64,000 nucleotides of DNA from Candidatus Hydrogenedens sp. (GTDB lineage: Bacteria > Hydrogenedentota > Hydrogenedentia > Hydrogenedentales > Hydrogenedentaceae): positions 121,444-185,443 of the forward strand of contig JBMFRC010000005.1 of the NCBI GenBank assembly GCA_049968235.1. Reading direction: 5' to 3'. Positions 53,286-63,319 of this stretch are shown in pieces. The translations under genes and the position numbers were made by a program. The notes below the pieces were generated by a model, which saw only the letters and a list, made by a program, of their open reading frames with translations, ran no database searches and was not told the origin of the DNA. Position 1 is the stretch's first letter. Every line of letters starts with the position of its first letter.

Positions 53286-54629
53286 TTATCCTCTTCTGCT
53301 GTAGGGCAGTTTCCATCCGTTATGATATTCACATCCAACAAGCGCATCTGCCTGAGGATTATTAGTTACCTTTTCTGCTACAGGGTCCCAATGCACTTCT
53401 GCTTGTGTGCGGAAAGCCAGATTCCCTAAATGAGCCACTGTAGAAACAAAATGGGCTAACTCTATATTTTCAACGGGCTGTTCGCGACTTTTTACGCAAT
53501 CAAGGAAATTACGGACATGAGCAGGTCTTGCGTCTTTTCCCTGTTCTCCGACAATTTTTTCCAGGCTCTTCTTTTTAGGTTCCGGAATAACCTCCCAGCC
53601 CCCATCATCTATTACAAGTGTCCCTTCAGACCCACAGAAAAGCATCCCATGAGGTTTCCCATTAGGTCCTATACCTCCTAACATTTGCTGTTCAAATACA
53701 AGATTATACGATGGGAATTCATACAGGGCTATCTGAGTATCCGGTGTCTCGGAGTTGTCTTCTATAACAAATTTTCCTCCCATAGAACTAACCCGTTTGG
53801 GCATCTCCATACCCATTCCCCAAAGACAAATATTGAGCAAATGCACTCCCCAATCCGTCATTAATCCGCCAGCATAATCCCAGAACCATCGGAAATTGAA
53901 ATGGAAGCGATTTTTATTAAATGGGCGTTTAGGAGCAGGTCCCAACCACATATCATAATCTACACCAGCAGGGGGCTCACTATCCGGTGGATTGCCAATT
54001 CCACCAACCCAATCCAGATACGCCCATGCACGAACCAATCGAATCTTCCCTAATTTTCCGGATTTTACAAAATCAATCGCCTCTTTATAATGTGTGCCAC
54101 TCCGCCACTGCGTTCCCATCTGGATAATCCGATTATTTTTCTTTGCAGATTCAAGAATAGCCCGACCTTCATCAATGGATTTCCCCAGAGGTTTTTCACA
54201 ATAAACATCCTTGCCCGCATCACAAGCATAAATAGTAGGCAGGGCATGCCAGTGGTCAGGTGTCGCAACTAAAACAATATCTATATCCTTCCGTTCAATC
54301 ACCTTCCGAAAATCTTTCTCTTTATCAGGTTTATGTCCTCGCTGGGCTTCTACAAGTTTCTCCGCATCTGCAAGCATTGCATCATCAATATCACATATAA
54401 CATTACAATCAACCTCTGGATTTAAAAAGAAAGTGGATAAATCCACTTTCCCTATTCCACCACAACCAATGACACCCATGTGGATTTTCTCATTCGGGGA
54501 AATATTTTTCGACTCTTCTTTGGCTTTTTCTGCCTGCTGGGCAAATAAAGGCCCCTGAAGTAAACCCATCCCAATCCCTGAGGAAATCAGGGTGTTTTTT
54601 ATGAACTCACGACGGTTTTGGTTATTCAT
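53286..54629 (-). CDS. TAT-exported Gfo/Idh/MocA-family NAD(P)-dependent oxidoreductase
   Basis: Twin-arginine signal 'NRREFIKNTLISSGIGMG', Rossmann 'MGVIGCGGIGK', 'EKPL' motif. Confidence 0.8.
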   Translation of the reverse strand: MNNQNRREFIKNTLISSGIGMGLLQGPLFAQQAEKAKEESKNISPNEKIHMGVIGCGGIGKVDLSTFFLNPEVDCNVICDIDDAMLADAEKLVEAQRGHKPDKEKDFRKVIERKDIDIVLVATPDHWHALPTIYACDAGKDVYCEKPLGKSIDEGRAILESAKKNNRIIQMGTQWRSGTHYKEAIDFVKSGKLGKIRLVRAWAYLDWVGGIGNPPDSEPPAGVDYDMWLGPAPKRPFNKNRFHFNFRWFWDYAGGLMTDWGVHLLNICLWGMGMEMPKRVSSMGGKFVIEDNSETPDTQIALYEFPSYNLVFEQQMLGGIGPNGKPHGMLFCGSEGTLVIDDGGWEVIPEPKKKSLEKIVGEQGKDARPAHVRNFLDCVKSREQPVENIELAHFVSTVAHLGNLAFRTQAEVHWDPVAEKVTNNPQADALVGCEYHNGWKLPYSRRG

Positions 54630-54751
54630 ATCCCTTTTTCCTTCTTTTAACGGTTAACAAATTCTAGAACAAACATAATTATTTATGTTATCATACTATT
54701 CAATTAATCATACCGAAAGCCAATTTAAATCCAAAATATTTATTACAACAC

Positions 54752-55582
54752 ATGTTGCTATCTCGAATAAAAAATATAATATATACATTGAAATGGCGGT
54801 ATACCTACTATGGTTTTTACTCTATGTGGACCGCATTGAAAACTTATTTCCTCAATGGCATAAGGAAATTACAGAATTATTTCTTCCCATCTCTTGTAGA
54901 ATGTCCCTGCTGTGGCTGGAAAGGATATGGTTTCCACTATTTAGACTGTGGGTGGTTCATCGTTCCACAGGTAGAATGCCCTGCATGTCGGGGGCATGAA
55001 AGACATCGATTTTTTACCCTTTTTCTGAAACGCACTCCGCCTTTTTTCCTTCACAGTATTCAGCAAAATAAAAAAATACTTCATTTTGCACCGGAACATC
55101 ATTTCCGAAAGATTTTAGAAAACCACGGAAATCTGTTTCTATTTTCTACAGATTATACTCCTTCTGCTTTACAACAGGTAGGTCCTCCACGATTCGTTGC
55201 GGATATACACCATCTTCCCATCAAGGATAGCAGTTTTGAAGGTATTGTGTGCTTGCATGTACTCGAACATGTCGCTGATGATAGAAAAGCCCTCCACGAA
55301 CTTGAAAGAATCTTATCAGAAGAAGGAGAACTACTCCTGATGGTGCCTTTTATGATGGACCAAAAAGAAACTATCGAATATGGTGCTCCTCGACCGGATA
55401 TCTTCGACCATGTTCGGGGTTATTCTCCTCTGGACTTCAAAAAAAGACTTGATATGTTTGATTATGAAGAAATAAAACCCAAAGCACTTCTTTCTGCGGA
55501 TGAAATTAATACATATAAAATCCCTGATAGTCAGGTTTTATACCTATGCAGAAAAAAATCTAATAAAAAATTAGCAGAGTGA
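54752..55582 (+). CDS. class I SAM-dependent methyltransferase with N-terminal Cys4 zinc-ribbon
   Basis: 'CPCCGWKGYGF...CPACRGHERHR' ribbon. 'FEGIVCLHVLEHVADDRKALHELERILSEEGELLL' is a methyltransferase type-11-like motif. Start uncertain (54752 or internal Met ~54824). Confidence 0.55.
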   Translation: MLLSRIKNIIYTLKWRYTYYGFYSMWTALKTYFLNGIRKLQNYFFPSLVECPCCGWKGYGFHYLDCGWFIVPQVECPACRGHERHRFFTLFLKRTPPFFLHSIQQNKKILHFAPEHHFRKILENHGNLFLFSTDYTPSALQQVGPPRFVADIHHLPIKDSSFEGIVCLHVLEHVADDRKALHELERILSEEGELLLMVPFMMDQKETIEYGAPRPDIFDHVRGYSPLDFKKRLDMFDYEEIKPKALLSADEINTYKIPDSQVLYLCRKKSNKKLAE

Positions 55583-55843
55583 AACCAATTTTCTACGAAG
55601 TACAATACCGGTGGGGGATTTTGGAAGTTCATCAATAATTGCAATATCTATCTTTTCCGATTGTCCATTTACTCGACTTTTTAGATATGCCATTAACTCC
55701 TCAGCTGTTACTTTTTTATTCTCTCTGAGTACTACAAATATTTTTGCTTCTTTTTCTTTAGATGGTTTTGGAACTGCTATTGTGCATACTTCTACGACAT
55801 CAGGATGTGTCAATAAGATTTCTTCCAACGAAGCATAATTCAT
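55571..55843 (-). pseudogene. stand-alone fragment resembling the C-terminal subdomain of an AMP-dependent synthetase/ligase (adenylate-forming enzyme)
   Basis: 90 aa 'LEEILLTHPDVVEVCTIAVPKPSKEKEAKIFVVL...TAEELMAYLKSRVNGQSEKIDIAIIDELPKSPTGIVLRRKL' matches the AMP-binding_C pattern (HP.V.E..V.G.PD...GE...A.VVL...ELP.T..GKILRR.L). Lacks the ~400-aa N-domain. Confidence 0.4.
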
Positions 55844-56053
55844 GTTTTTATACTCCTATGAATCCATATTATAATAGAGACAGGTATGTAAATAAACAAT
55901 ATCAAAATAATAATACGAATAAAACATAGTTGTCAACAATAAACCTGTCCATGTAATTATTATATCATAACTATACAAATTTTTTCAATAAAAATTACAT
56001 TACTTATTTAATTCCGGAATATTTTTCTCCTCATTTCACGGGATTACTATGGA

Positions 56054-56084
56054 TGGAAAATAAAAAATCCCCTTTCGGGGATTT
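56054..56084 (-). terminator. rho-independent terminator of the flagellin gene
   Basis: Minus strand reads AAATCCCC-gaaa-GGGGATTT followed by TTTTATTTT (+ coordinates 56065-56084 stem, 56054-56064 T-tract). Confidence 0.6.
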
Positions 56085-56116
56085 AAATGTGACAAGTTTG
56101 AATATGTTTATCTTAA

Positions 56117-56935
56117 TTAACCACGCAGTAGTTGCAGAGCAGTCTGAGGAATTACATTTGCCTGAGCAAGAACGGATGTGCCGGCACTAACCAATATTTG
56201 ATTGCGCGTAAACCGGACTGTCTCCTGAGCAATATCTGCATCACGAATCTGACTCTCGGAATATGACGCATTTTCCTCTTGAATTTCAAGTGTATTAATT
56301 GTAAATTCCAGTCGATTCTGAAAGGCACCGAGATTACTTCTTAAAATATTAATACTCTTTATAGCATTATCTACAATACTTAATGTTGAGACAGCACCCC
56401 CTTGTGTGGAAATAGATATACCACTTACACCCAAATCGTTTGTTTTCGCCCCCTGTATTGTAATTGTAAGGGTCTGTCCCATTTGTGGACCTGCTTGAAT
56501 AATGATACTTTGTGTTACACTCAAAACATAGAAGCCGTTAAACTCTGTATCGCGAGCAATAGAATCCAATTGTTGAAGGAGTTGTGTTACTTCAGAATCC
56601 AGAGCTATTCGGTTCTGGCTACTATTCGTTCCATTTGCAGACTGAACTGCTAATTCGCGAATTCTCTGCAGAATGTTGGAACTTTCAACCAGGGCTCCTT
56701 CTGCAGTCTGGATAAGACTTATCCCATCCTGAACATTTCGAACGGCTACTCGTGCTCCGCGAACAACAGAACGGAATCCTTCCGCAATGGCTAAACCTGC
56801 TGCATCATCCGCAGCACGATTAATTCGCAAACCACTGGAAAGTCGTTCGAGGGATTTGTTGAGGTCTAATGTGTTCTTGCGTAGGGTGCGGGTTGCATTG
56901 AGGGCGGCAATGTTTGTGTTAATTCGTAAACCCAT
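56117..56935 (-). CDS. fliC: flagellin
   Basis: 'MGLRINTNIAALNATRTL...LSSGLRINRAADDAAGLAI' and C-terminal '...LAQANVIPQTALQLLRG'. 272 aa. GGAGGA RBS. Confidence 0.9.
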   Translation of the reverse strand: MGLRINTNIAALNATRTLRKNTLDLNKSLERLSSGLRINRAADDAAGLAIAEGFRSVVRGARVAVRNVQDGISLIQTAEGALVESSNILQRIRELAVQSANGTNSSQNRIALDSEVTQLLQQLDSIARDTEFNGFYVLSVTQSIIIQAGPQMGQTLTITIQGAKTNDLGVSGISISTQGGAVSTLSIVDNAIKSINILRSNLGAFQNRLEFTINTLEIQEENASYSESQIRDADIAQETVRFTRNQILVSAGTSVLAQANVIPQTALQLLRG

Positions 56936-57010
56936 TGTATATTCCTCCGTGATTAAAGTTTCCTTTGCATCCTTGCATCGGTGAACCTTTTACAGCAAGG
57001 TTCATAATTA

Positions 57011-57037
57011 AGTATCGGCAATTCCAAAAAAATCTTT
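57011..57037 (-). promoter_or_regulatory. sigma-28 (FliA) class-III flagellar promoter TAAA-N15-GCCGATAC upstream of flagellin
   Basis: Minus strand: TAAA (+57034-57037), 15-nt spacer, GCCGATAC (+57011-57018). About 70 nt 5' UTR to the flagellin ATG. Confidence 0.65.
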
Positions 57038-57090
57038 AGAAAAAATTGCTTGTTATTTGCAAAGTTAATTTTATTTATAATTATTAAACT

Positions 57091-58680
57091 ATGAAACAAT
57101 TTTTTAGAAATACTATAAAGACAGATGAAGACTGGAGACAGATTCGAATTTTCCTGTCTCTTGATTTTATTTATGTAGCAATTGTATTTTTGTGGGTTAT
57201 CTTTTTGCCTTTGTCTGGTTCAGATTATCTCTGGTTCCATAATACATTTTTTAATCAACCGATATACGGTTCCGACTCGTTTGTGTTATCTATAATTCTT
57301 GCATGCAGTTCGCTGGTATTCCGTTTATTAAATTTTCTCCTACTTTATATCCTTATGGTGATTATATTTTTCACAACACGTTTTTTCACGGGGGGGCCAT
57401 GGTGGTTGGGGTCTCTTTCTGCGGTATTGTTTATGGCACATCCCTTAACGCAACCGCAGATTCTCCACCTAAACGGTTATGAAACATTAATCCCAATTAT
57501 AATAAATGCTTTTCTGTTACTCCTGTTGGCGTATTCTATTTATACCCGTATTCCCCGTTTTATATTTATTTGTCTCTTGTTGTTAATTGCTGTATTTGTC
57601 TCTTCTTTATCTACTCCTTTTATTCTCATTATTGGTTTTGGACTTTTATTGAGTAGTAATTTTCAAAGACCTGTCTCCAAAAAGCACATCGGTATATCGA
57701 TTCTTACGATTTTGACTGCATTATATTTTTTGAGAATTAATCAATCGAAATATTTCTTTTCTTTAGATTTTATTCCGCAATTTTCATTACTTGTGTATCC
57801 GATTGGCTGGCTACCTATGACTGTAAAAATATATCATTGTAATGGTCTGTTATCTATTTTTTACATTTTATCATGCATCTCTGTTCTTGCTTTTATCTCA
57901 TGGAAGGTCAAACAAAAATATCTGCATCTATTATTGGGAGGTATTGTTTTCCTTTGTATGTTTTCTTACAAAAATAGTGTTGACCTCTCTCAACCTTTGC
58001 AGAACCCTTCCAGTTTATCCCCCTTGCTCCTCTTCTGTATAGCAGTATCGTGGATATGTGGAATAATTCAGAAACAACCTCGCTGGAAAATGAGCATTGT
58101 CAAAGCAACAACACTTCTCTGCATTGTTATGATGGGTTGGCAGATATTTCTCAACGGATTATATGCATATAGTTCATTTCAGGAACAGCACATTGCCGAG
58201 GATATTTTCAGGCAGGTAGAAGAGAAGCATATTGACGAGTTTATTCTTTTCCCGGAGTCTATTGAATATCGCTGGCACAGATTGAACATACATGCTACTT
58301 TACTTAAAAATAAAATTACTTCTACTTCACCTGCTCAACATGTTGCCATTTTCCCATATTGCATATTCCGCCCTGATTCTATTCCTGATGTAGAGTTTAT
58401 ATCTCATTGTTTTTCCGATGATTCCATCTTCATAGGAGTTACTCCTACCTATGTGGGATATGGACTGATTTATCCTTCCGAATTTATGATTCCCCGAAAA
58501 AGAGAGACACAAGTATTATGTAATCAATTCATTAACCCACAAAATAACACATGGGTTGAATTTTATAAAGAAGAGCATACTGAAAATGTGTTAATCAGAG
58601 CAGAAGATAAAAAATTAAGTAAATATCTCTTTTTGTGGGATAATAAAAGGAAAACATATAATTTAATAACTCGCAAATAA
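57091..58680 (+). CDS. large polytopic membrane protein (~12 TM) with C-terminal soluble domain, unknown function
   Basis: Hydrophobic segments throughout the first ~330 aa. Contains a G7 tract at 57390-57396. Stop 2 nt before the next gene. Confidence 0.5.
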   Translation: MKQFFRNTIKTDEDWRQIRIFLSLDFIYVAIVFLWVIFLPLSGSDYLWFHNTFFNQPIYGSDSFVLSIILACSSLVFRLLNFLLLYILMVIIFFTTRFFTGGPWWLGSLSAVLFMAHPLTQPQILHLNGYETLIPIIINAFLLLLLAYSIYTRIPRFIFICLLLLIAVFVSSLSTPFILIIGFGLLLSSNFQRPVSKKHIGISILTILTALYFLRINQSKYFFSLDFIPQFSLLVYPIGWLPMTVKIYHCNGLLSIFYILSCISVLAFISWKVKQKYLHLLLGGIVFLCMFSYKNSVDLSQPLQNPSSLSPLLLFCIAVSWICGIIQKQPRWKMSIVKATTLLCIVMMGWQIFLNGLYAYSSFQEQHIAEDIFRQVEEKHIDEFILFPESIEYRWHRLNIHATLLKNKITSTSPAQHVAIFPYCIFRPDSIPDVEFISHCFSDDSIFIGVTPTYVGYGLIYPSEFMIPRKRETQVLCNQFINPQNNTWVEFYKEEHTENVLIRAEDKKLSKYLFLWDNKRKTYNLITRK

Positions 58681-58681
58681 C

Positions 58682-61600
58682 ATGAAAGGATTTCATATCA
58701 ATTTGCTTTTTCGAGTATCTTTATTGACGATTGTATGCTTTTTTCTTTTCTTTTCCGCGCACACACAGGAGCCTCTGCCTGATGTTTTACAACGGGGGTA
58801 TATTTCTCAATGGATGATATGTGGACCGTTTCCTTCTGACCTTGAAAAAGGGATAAAAAATGCCATTGACAAAAATGAAGCCCCTTTAGGGAATCGGGAT
58901 TTCTGGATAGGGAAAGGAGGAATTACACAACTTCTACCTCAGGCGGGTGAGAAAATACAAATAGATGGAATAACTTATACATGGCTTCCCTTTGTAGTCA
59001 AGAATCCGAGACTGGATTTTCATTCCCTACAACCGCCGGATGAATGTATCTATTACCTATCCGCATATGTTCAGGTTCCGGAAGACCAGATAATTTATAT
59101 TCACCTTCAAACTCCATTAGGGGCTCGGCTCTGGATTAGTAAAACGAAAATAAGAGATGTCAAAGCGATGCCCATTGAACATTTGGGGATAGACCATGCA
59201 CTGGTTCGATTACGCAAAGGGTTAAATCTTTTTGTATTACAAGTACCTTTTTTATCTTTACAGAGCATTAGCGAAATTACAAAAATTCCCGTTGATAATA
59301 TACCTATGAAACTCTGGTCGCAAAAGGAACCTAATATCGGACAGACTGGCTATGAGATGAACTTTCATATCCGTCCTATTGAACCAGCAGGTGCCATTTA
59401 TTATGTCCCCTTACTTGAACCCTCCCGAAAATTTACAGGACCCGAAATTGACCCCAAACAGGTGTTTTATCTCACAATATACAATCCAACCGCAAAACAA
59501 ATTTATCCAGTAAGTATTAATGCTTGGATAATGCCTCAGAATTTTTCTCTTCCCAATCAGCAACTCTCACTACAACCTCAGGAAGAAAAACGTGTGCCGT
59601 TGCAAATACCCAATAAAAGACGAAAACAAAATGATAAAGCAAATGTTCGAGTATTAATTACCGCACCAAACGAAAACGGTGAAAATCAAACATCTGAATT
59701 TAATACACAAATAACTTTTACAGAGCCCGAACCTTTAAGTAAAACTTATCTCATCACAGGGACCTGGGGTGAAGGTTCTTCCCAATCTGGAACATTACAT
59801 AATTTCCTGCAAAAAACCGAAGCAAGTAAAACGCAGATATGGAACGCTTATGAAACGCAAGATTACGGAACGGATATAGGTACTGGGAGTATCTGGTTAC
59901 ATGTGCTATATCAGAATCCGGATATAATTACACCACTACGAGAGACTATCCAGCGGGGGAAAAGCACCGCTCAAAATATTTTCACACCGATTGATGAACG
60001 ATTACTTTCGACAGAATCTATCTTTATGAACTACTTTTTAGGGACAAAACTGAAGGAAGGAATGTTAAAAGAATTTAACAAATCCTTTATTGCATGGAAT
60101 TATCCTGCCTTATCACCTCAATCCTCGCAAATTATCCGTAAATGTAATTTTAACGGAATTGTTTCCAATATATCTTCTCAAACCATTCCATCGCTTGCTT
60201 TCTGGAGGGAACCTTCGGGCAACTCCATTATGTTACGGACATTAATGACGCCCCCTGCGTTTCGTAATTTTCATGAAGTAAAAAAATGGGCTTTTATCTC
60301 TCATGCGGAAGTAGAACCTCTCATCCCTGAAATTGATATGTTGGTTCTTGAAAACACATCTCCTTACCTTAACATCAATCTTTTACCCGATTTAAAAAAT
60401 GAAATACCACCTTTTTATTTTCACGGAAACGGTTCATCGGAATTCTTTGAAGAAATCCTAAACTTTCTCAATTCTCGAGGGAACATAGATGCCATTCCTA
60501 ATATCTTTCAACCTGTATATGTTAGAGAAAATCTTGTGGATATTCTTTCTAATCTATTGTTAAAGACCTGTCTGTATCAGTTGGAAGAAAATCTTTTACA
60601 GGCTCAGACATCAGCAACTATCGCAGGTGTATTCGGAATGTCATATCCCGGTGAAATCATAGCCCGATTGTGGACAATTTTATTGCAAACAGCAGACCCA
60701 CAGATTATAAACAACGAATTATCTGAAAGTGAGATGACCTCTTTGCTATCCCAAATATGTACAGGAATCCATGATACTGAGAAAATCATACAACGCACTA
60801 TGAAACATATTGCAGATAATGTTAATACCTTAACCTACGTTACCGATAAAAAGCCAAACTCACAGACTATTGTCGTATTCAATCCCAACTCCTCTGTAAA
60901 AACTTTGCCTATTACTGCGGATATAGTCATTCCCAACCCCCAATTTTCCCTTGTATCCACAGACGGCAAATCGGTTTCCTGCCAGATATATGCTACACAA
61001 GAAGAAACCTCTTCGATAACTACTTACAAGGTGCAATTTGTGGCAGAAGAAGTCCCTCCATATGGAATTAAAACATTTTATCTAATCCCTGATACCAGGA
61101 CAACCCCAATTGTTAAGGTTAAAGATAATTTCATCGAAAACGAGTTTATGCTGGTTCGCATTAACAATAAGACAGGGAACATTACTCACATCATTGATAA
61201 AACTTCCGGTAAAGATATAATTCCTCCGGAAAGTAATTTTGATAGGATAGGTTTTTCTGACCCGGATAAAGGGAACTTTATCCCATTTTCAGATGTACTT
61301 ACCCGTTATGAGACATTTAAATCTGATTTGTTACAACGGATTGTTATCCAGTTTGAAAGTGAAAAAGGAACCTTAACAAAAGAATATTGCTTATATAAAA
61401 ATGTAAATCAGATTTATTGCTATCATTGTTTAATTCCTGCAGAGGGGATTTCCGAAAATAGTCTCGTCTCTGCTTTTAATACGGCCTCTGATGGGACAGT
61501 TCCAATCTATGGTTCACAGTCCTTTGCCTTGACATCGCCACCATCTATCTCTAACACAAAAAATAACAATTCATTATTTTTTGCTCACCGTTTCTTTGCG

Positions 61601-63295
61601 GAAGGTGCTGGAGATTGTATTAAGACAGAGGATAATGCATATATACCATTATCGGATATAGTGATTATAAAATCAGATGAAAAAATCATTCCTGTTTTAC
61701 AAAATCTAATAATGAAAACCTTATGGAACCGAGGTATTCCTTCAACTACGGTTTCTATTCAAGATTGGACAAAAAAAGAAAAAAATGCTTCTTTCTATAT
61801 CTGGACAGGAACAGCAAAATCTTATGAAAATATAAAAGATTGGATTGCTGGAACCTATCCCAAATTAAATGATGAGATTATAAAGAGAAGTGATGTGGGA
61901 ACACCTTTCTTAATTCGAACTCAGAGGGACAATTCCATTTATAACTTTTTAGGATTTGTTGCAAATAGTCCTGAAAAATTGGGTAGTGTAATTGGTAATT
62001 TCCTTAATATGCTTGACCAGCGTGGAGAGTTTATTATCCCTTCAGCGGTTACTATCGGCGCGGGAACAGAAATTCCAAATTACGGTCTGGCGATTATGTT
62101 TAACGGGACTAAACTTGTTTCAACCAATCCGAACAAATCTTTTTATCTATATCATGGCAATATCAATGCTAAAGAATACTCTCCGAAGATTAACGCTATG
62201 CCCATTTTCTATCGAATATATCCGTTTTCAGGGCATTGGCTCCGAACAGATATTATTAAACAAAGTAACGAAAGACCTTTATTATCTACCACAACAGGGC
62301 TCCATGGAGGTTCATGGACAAATAATACAACTTTCCTTTCGCTGGATAACCCGAATATCTACATATCCTCCATAAAACCTATGGGAACAGGGATTCCTTT
62401 AATTCAATCCGAACAGCAAAATCCTACAGATATGTTTATAGCACGATTAAATGCTATCGGCAATCAAAAACAAGAATGCCTTTTGAGTAGTTCATTCGCT
62501 ATTAACAGTATTCAGGCACTAACACCTCTGGAGTCTATAGATACCTCTTCCAACAACTTAAAAGAACAGCCAATTCATTTTAATCCGTGGGATATTCGAA
62601 CCTTGTCTGTCTCTCTTAAAAAAGTTACCGCTCCCAACCGAGTACCCTTTGATACGAAAGATATTTGCTATTCCAATTCGGACTATATTACATTCCCGCT
62701 ACAAAATGGTTTTGAATCTCCTATAATCAAAATATCACCTGTAAATACTTCATCATCAGCAAATATACAACTCACTATCTCTAATATCAACGCAAATGAA
62801 ACACTTCAAGGGACTGTTTTTTTAGAGGCATCCGATAATTGTATTCTTAAAACCTCTCAGGTCCCTTATCACTTAACACCTTTAACGGGAATTCAACATA
62901 CTATACCCTATGAACAATCAGAAAAAGAAAATTCTCCTCCCATTATCAATGCCTGGACAGAGATTAATGGCAATACGATTCGGACATTCCTTTCAAAAGA
63001 TGAATTTCCCGCAAAAATAACCTATGAAAAAACTACCTCACAGATAAAAATTACGATTGAAAATACTCAACCTGTTCCTTTATATGGGAATATAACATGG
63101 ATTTCTCTTCGTTATTCTCAGGTCGCACACGATATTCTTTATAACCAGTTCGTAAAACCTGAAAATACAGACCTCTATTTAAAACCTTTTGAAACAAATT
63201 CATATACCTTCTTACCGCAGACTATATCCCTATCAGATACGGCAATAGCACGCATCCAAATTAATAATAAAGTCCAATTCCTTTCCATCCAATAA
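58682..63295 (+). CDS. giant secreted hypothetical protein (1537 aa)
   Basis: Signal peptide 'MKGFHINLLFRVSLLTIVCFFLFFSAHTQE'. No catalytic motif recognised. Immediately follows the membrane-protein gene. Confidence 0.55.
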   Translation: MKGFHINLLFRVSLLTIVCFFLFFSAHTQEPLPDVLQRGYISQWMICGPFPSDLEKGIKNAIDKNEAPLGNRDFWIGKGGITQLLPQAGEKIQIDGITYTWLPFVVKNPRLDFHSLQPPDECIYYLSAYVQVPEDQIIYIHLQTPLGARLWISKTKIRDVKAMPIEHLGIDHALVRLRKGLNLFVLQVPFLSLQSISEITKIPVDNIPMKLWSQKEPNIGQTGYEMNFHIRPIEPAGAIYYVPLLEPSRKFTGPEIDPKQVFYLTIYNPTAKQIYPVSINAWIMPQNFSLPNQQLSLQPQEEKRVPLQIPNKRRKQNDKANVRVLITAPNENGENQTSEFNTQITFTEPEPLSKTYLITGTWGEGSSQSGTLHNFLQKTEASKTQIWNAYETQDYGTDIGTGSIWLHVLYQNPDIITPLRETIQRGKSTAQNIFTPIDERLLSTESIFMNYFLGTKLKEGMLKEFNKSFIAWNYPALSPQSSQIIRKCNFNGIVSNISSQTIPSLAFWREPSGNSIMLRTLMTPPAFRNFHEVKKWAFISHAEVEPLIPEIDMLVLENTSPYLNINLLPDLKNEIPPFYFHGNGSSEFFEEILNFLNSRGNIDAIPNIFQPVYVRENLVDILSNLLLKTCLYQLEENLLQAQTSATIAGVFGMSYPGEIIARLWTILLQTADPQIINNELSESEMTSLLSQICTGIHDTEKIIQRTMKHIADNVNTLTYVTDKKPNSQTIVVFNPNSSVKTLPITADIVIPNPQFSLVSTDGKSVSCQIYATQEETSSITTYKVQFVAEEVPPYGIKTFYLIPDTRTTPIVKVKDNFIENEFMLVRINNKTGNITHIIDKTSGKDIIPPESNFDRIGFSDPDKGNFIPFSDVLTRYETFKSDLLQRIVIQFESEKGTLTKEYCLYKNVNQIYCYHCLIPAEGISENSLVSAFNTASDGTVPIYGSQSFALTSPPSISNTKNNNSLFFAHRFFAEGAGDCIKTEDNAYIPLSDIVIIKSDEKIIPVLQNLIMKTLWNRGIPSTTVSIQDWTKKEKNASFYIWTGTAKSYENIKDWIAGTYPKLNDEIIKRSDVGTPFLIRTQRDNSIYNFLGFVANSPEKLGSVIGNFLNMLDQRGEFIIPSAVTIGAGTEIPNYGLAIMFNGTKLVSTNPNKSFYLYHGNINAKEYSPKINAMPIFYRIYPFSGHWLRTDIIKQSNERPLLSTTTGLHGGSWTNNTTFLSLDNPNIYISSIKPMGTGIPLIQSEQQNPTDMFIARLNAIGNQKQECLLSSSFAINSIQALTPLESIDTSSNNLKEQPIHFNPWDIRTLSVSLKKVTAPNRVPFDTKDICYSNSDYITFPLQNGFESPIIKISPVNTSSSANIQLTISNINANETLQGTVFLEASDNCILKTSQVPYHLTPLTGIQHTIPYEQSEKENSPPIINAWTEINGNTIRTFLSKDEFPAKITYEKTTSQIKITIENTQPVPLYGNITWISLRYSQVAHDILYNQFVKPENTDLYLKPFETNSYTFLPQTISLSDTAIARIQINNKVQFLSIQ

Positions 63296-63297
63296 AA

Positions 63298-63319
63298 GGG
63301 GCGAATAATTATTCGCCCC
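63298..63319. repeat. REP-like perfect palindrome GGGGCGAATAATTATTCGCCCC
   Basis: 22-nt perfect palindrome 3 nt after the stop of the 1537-aa gene. On the minus strand it is followed by TTTTATTGG. Abuts the RAYT remnant. Confidence 0.55.
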
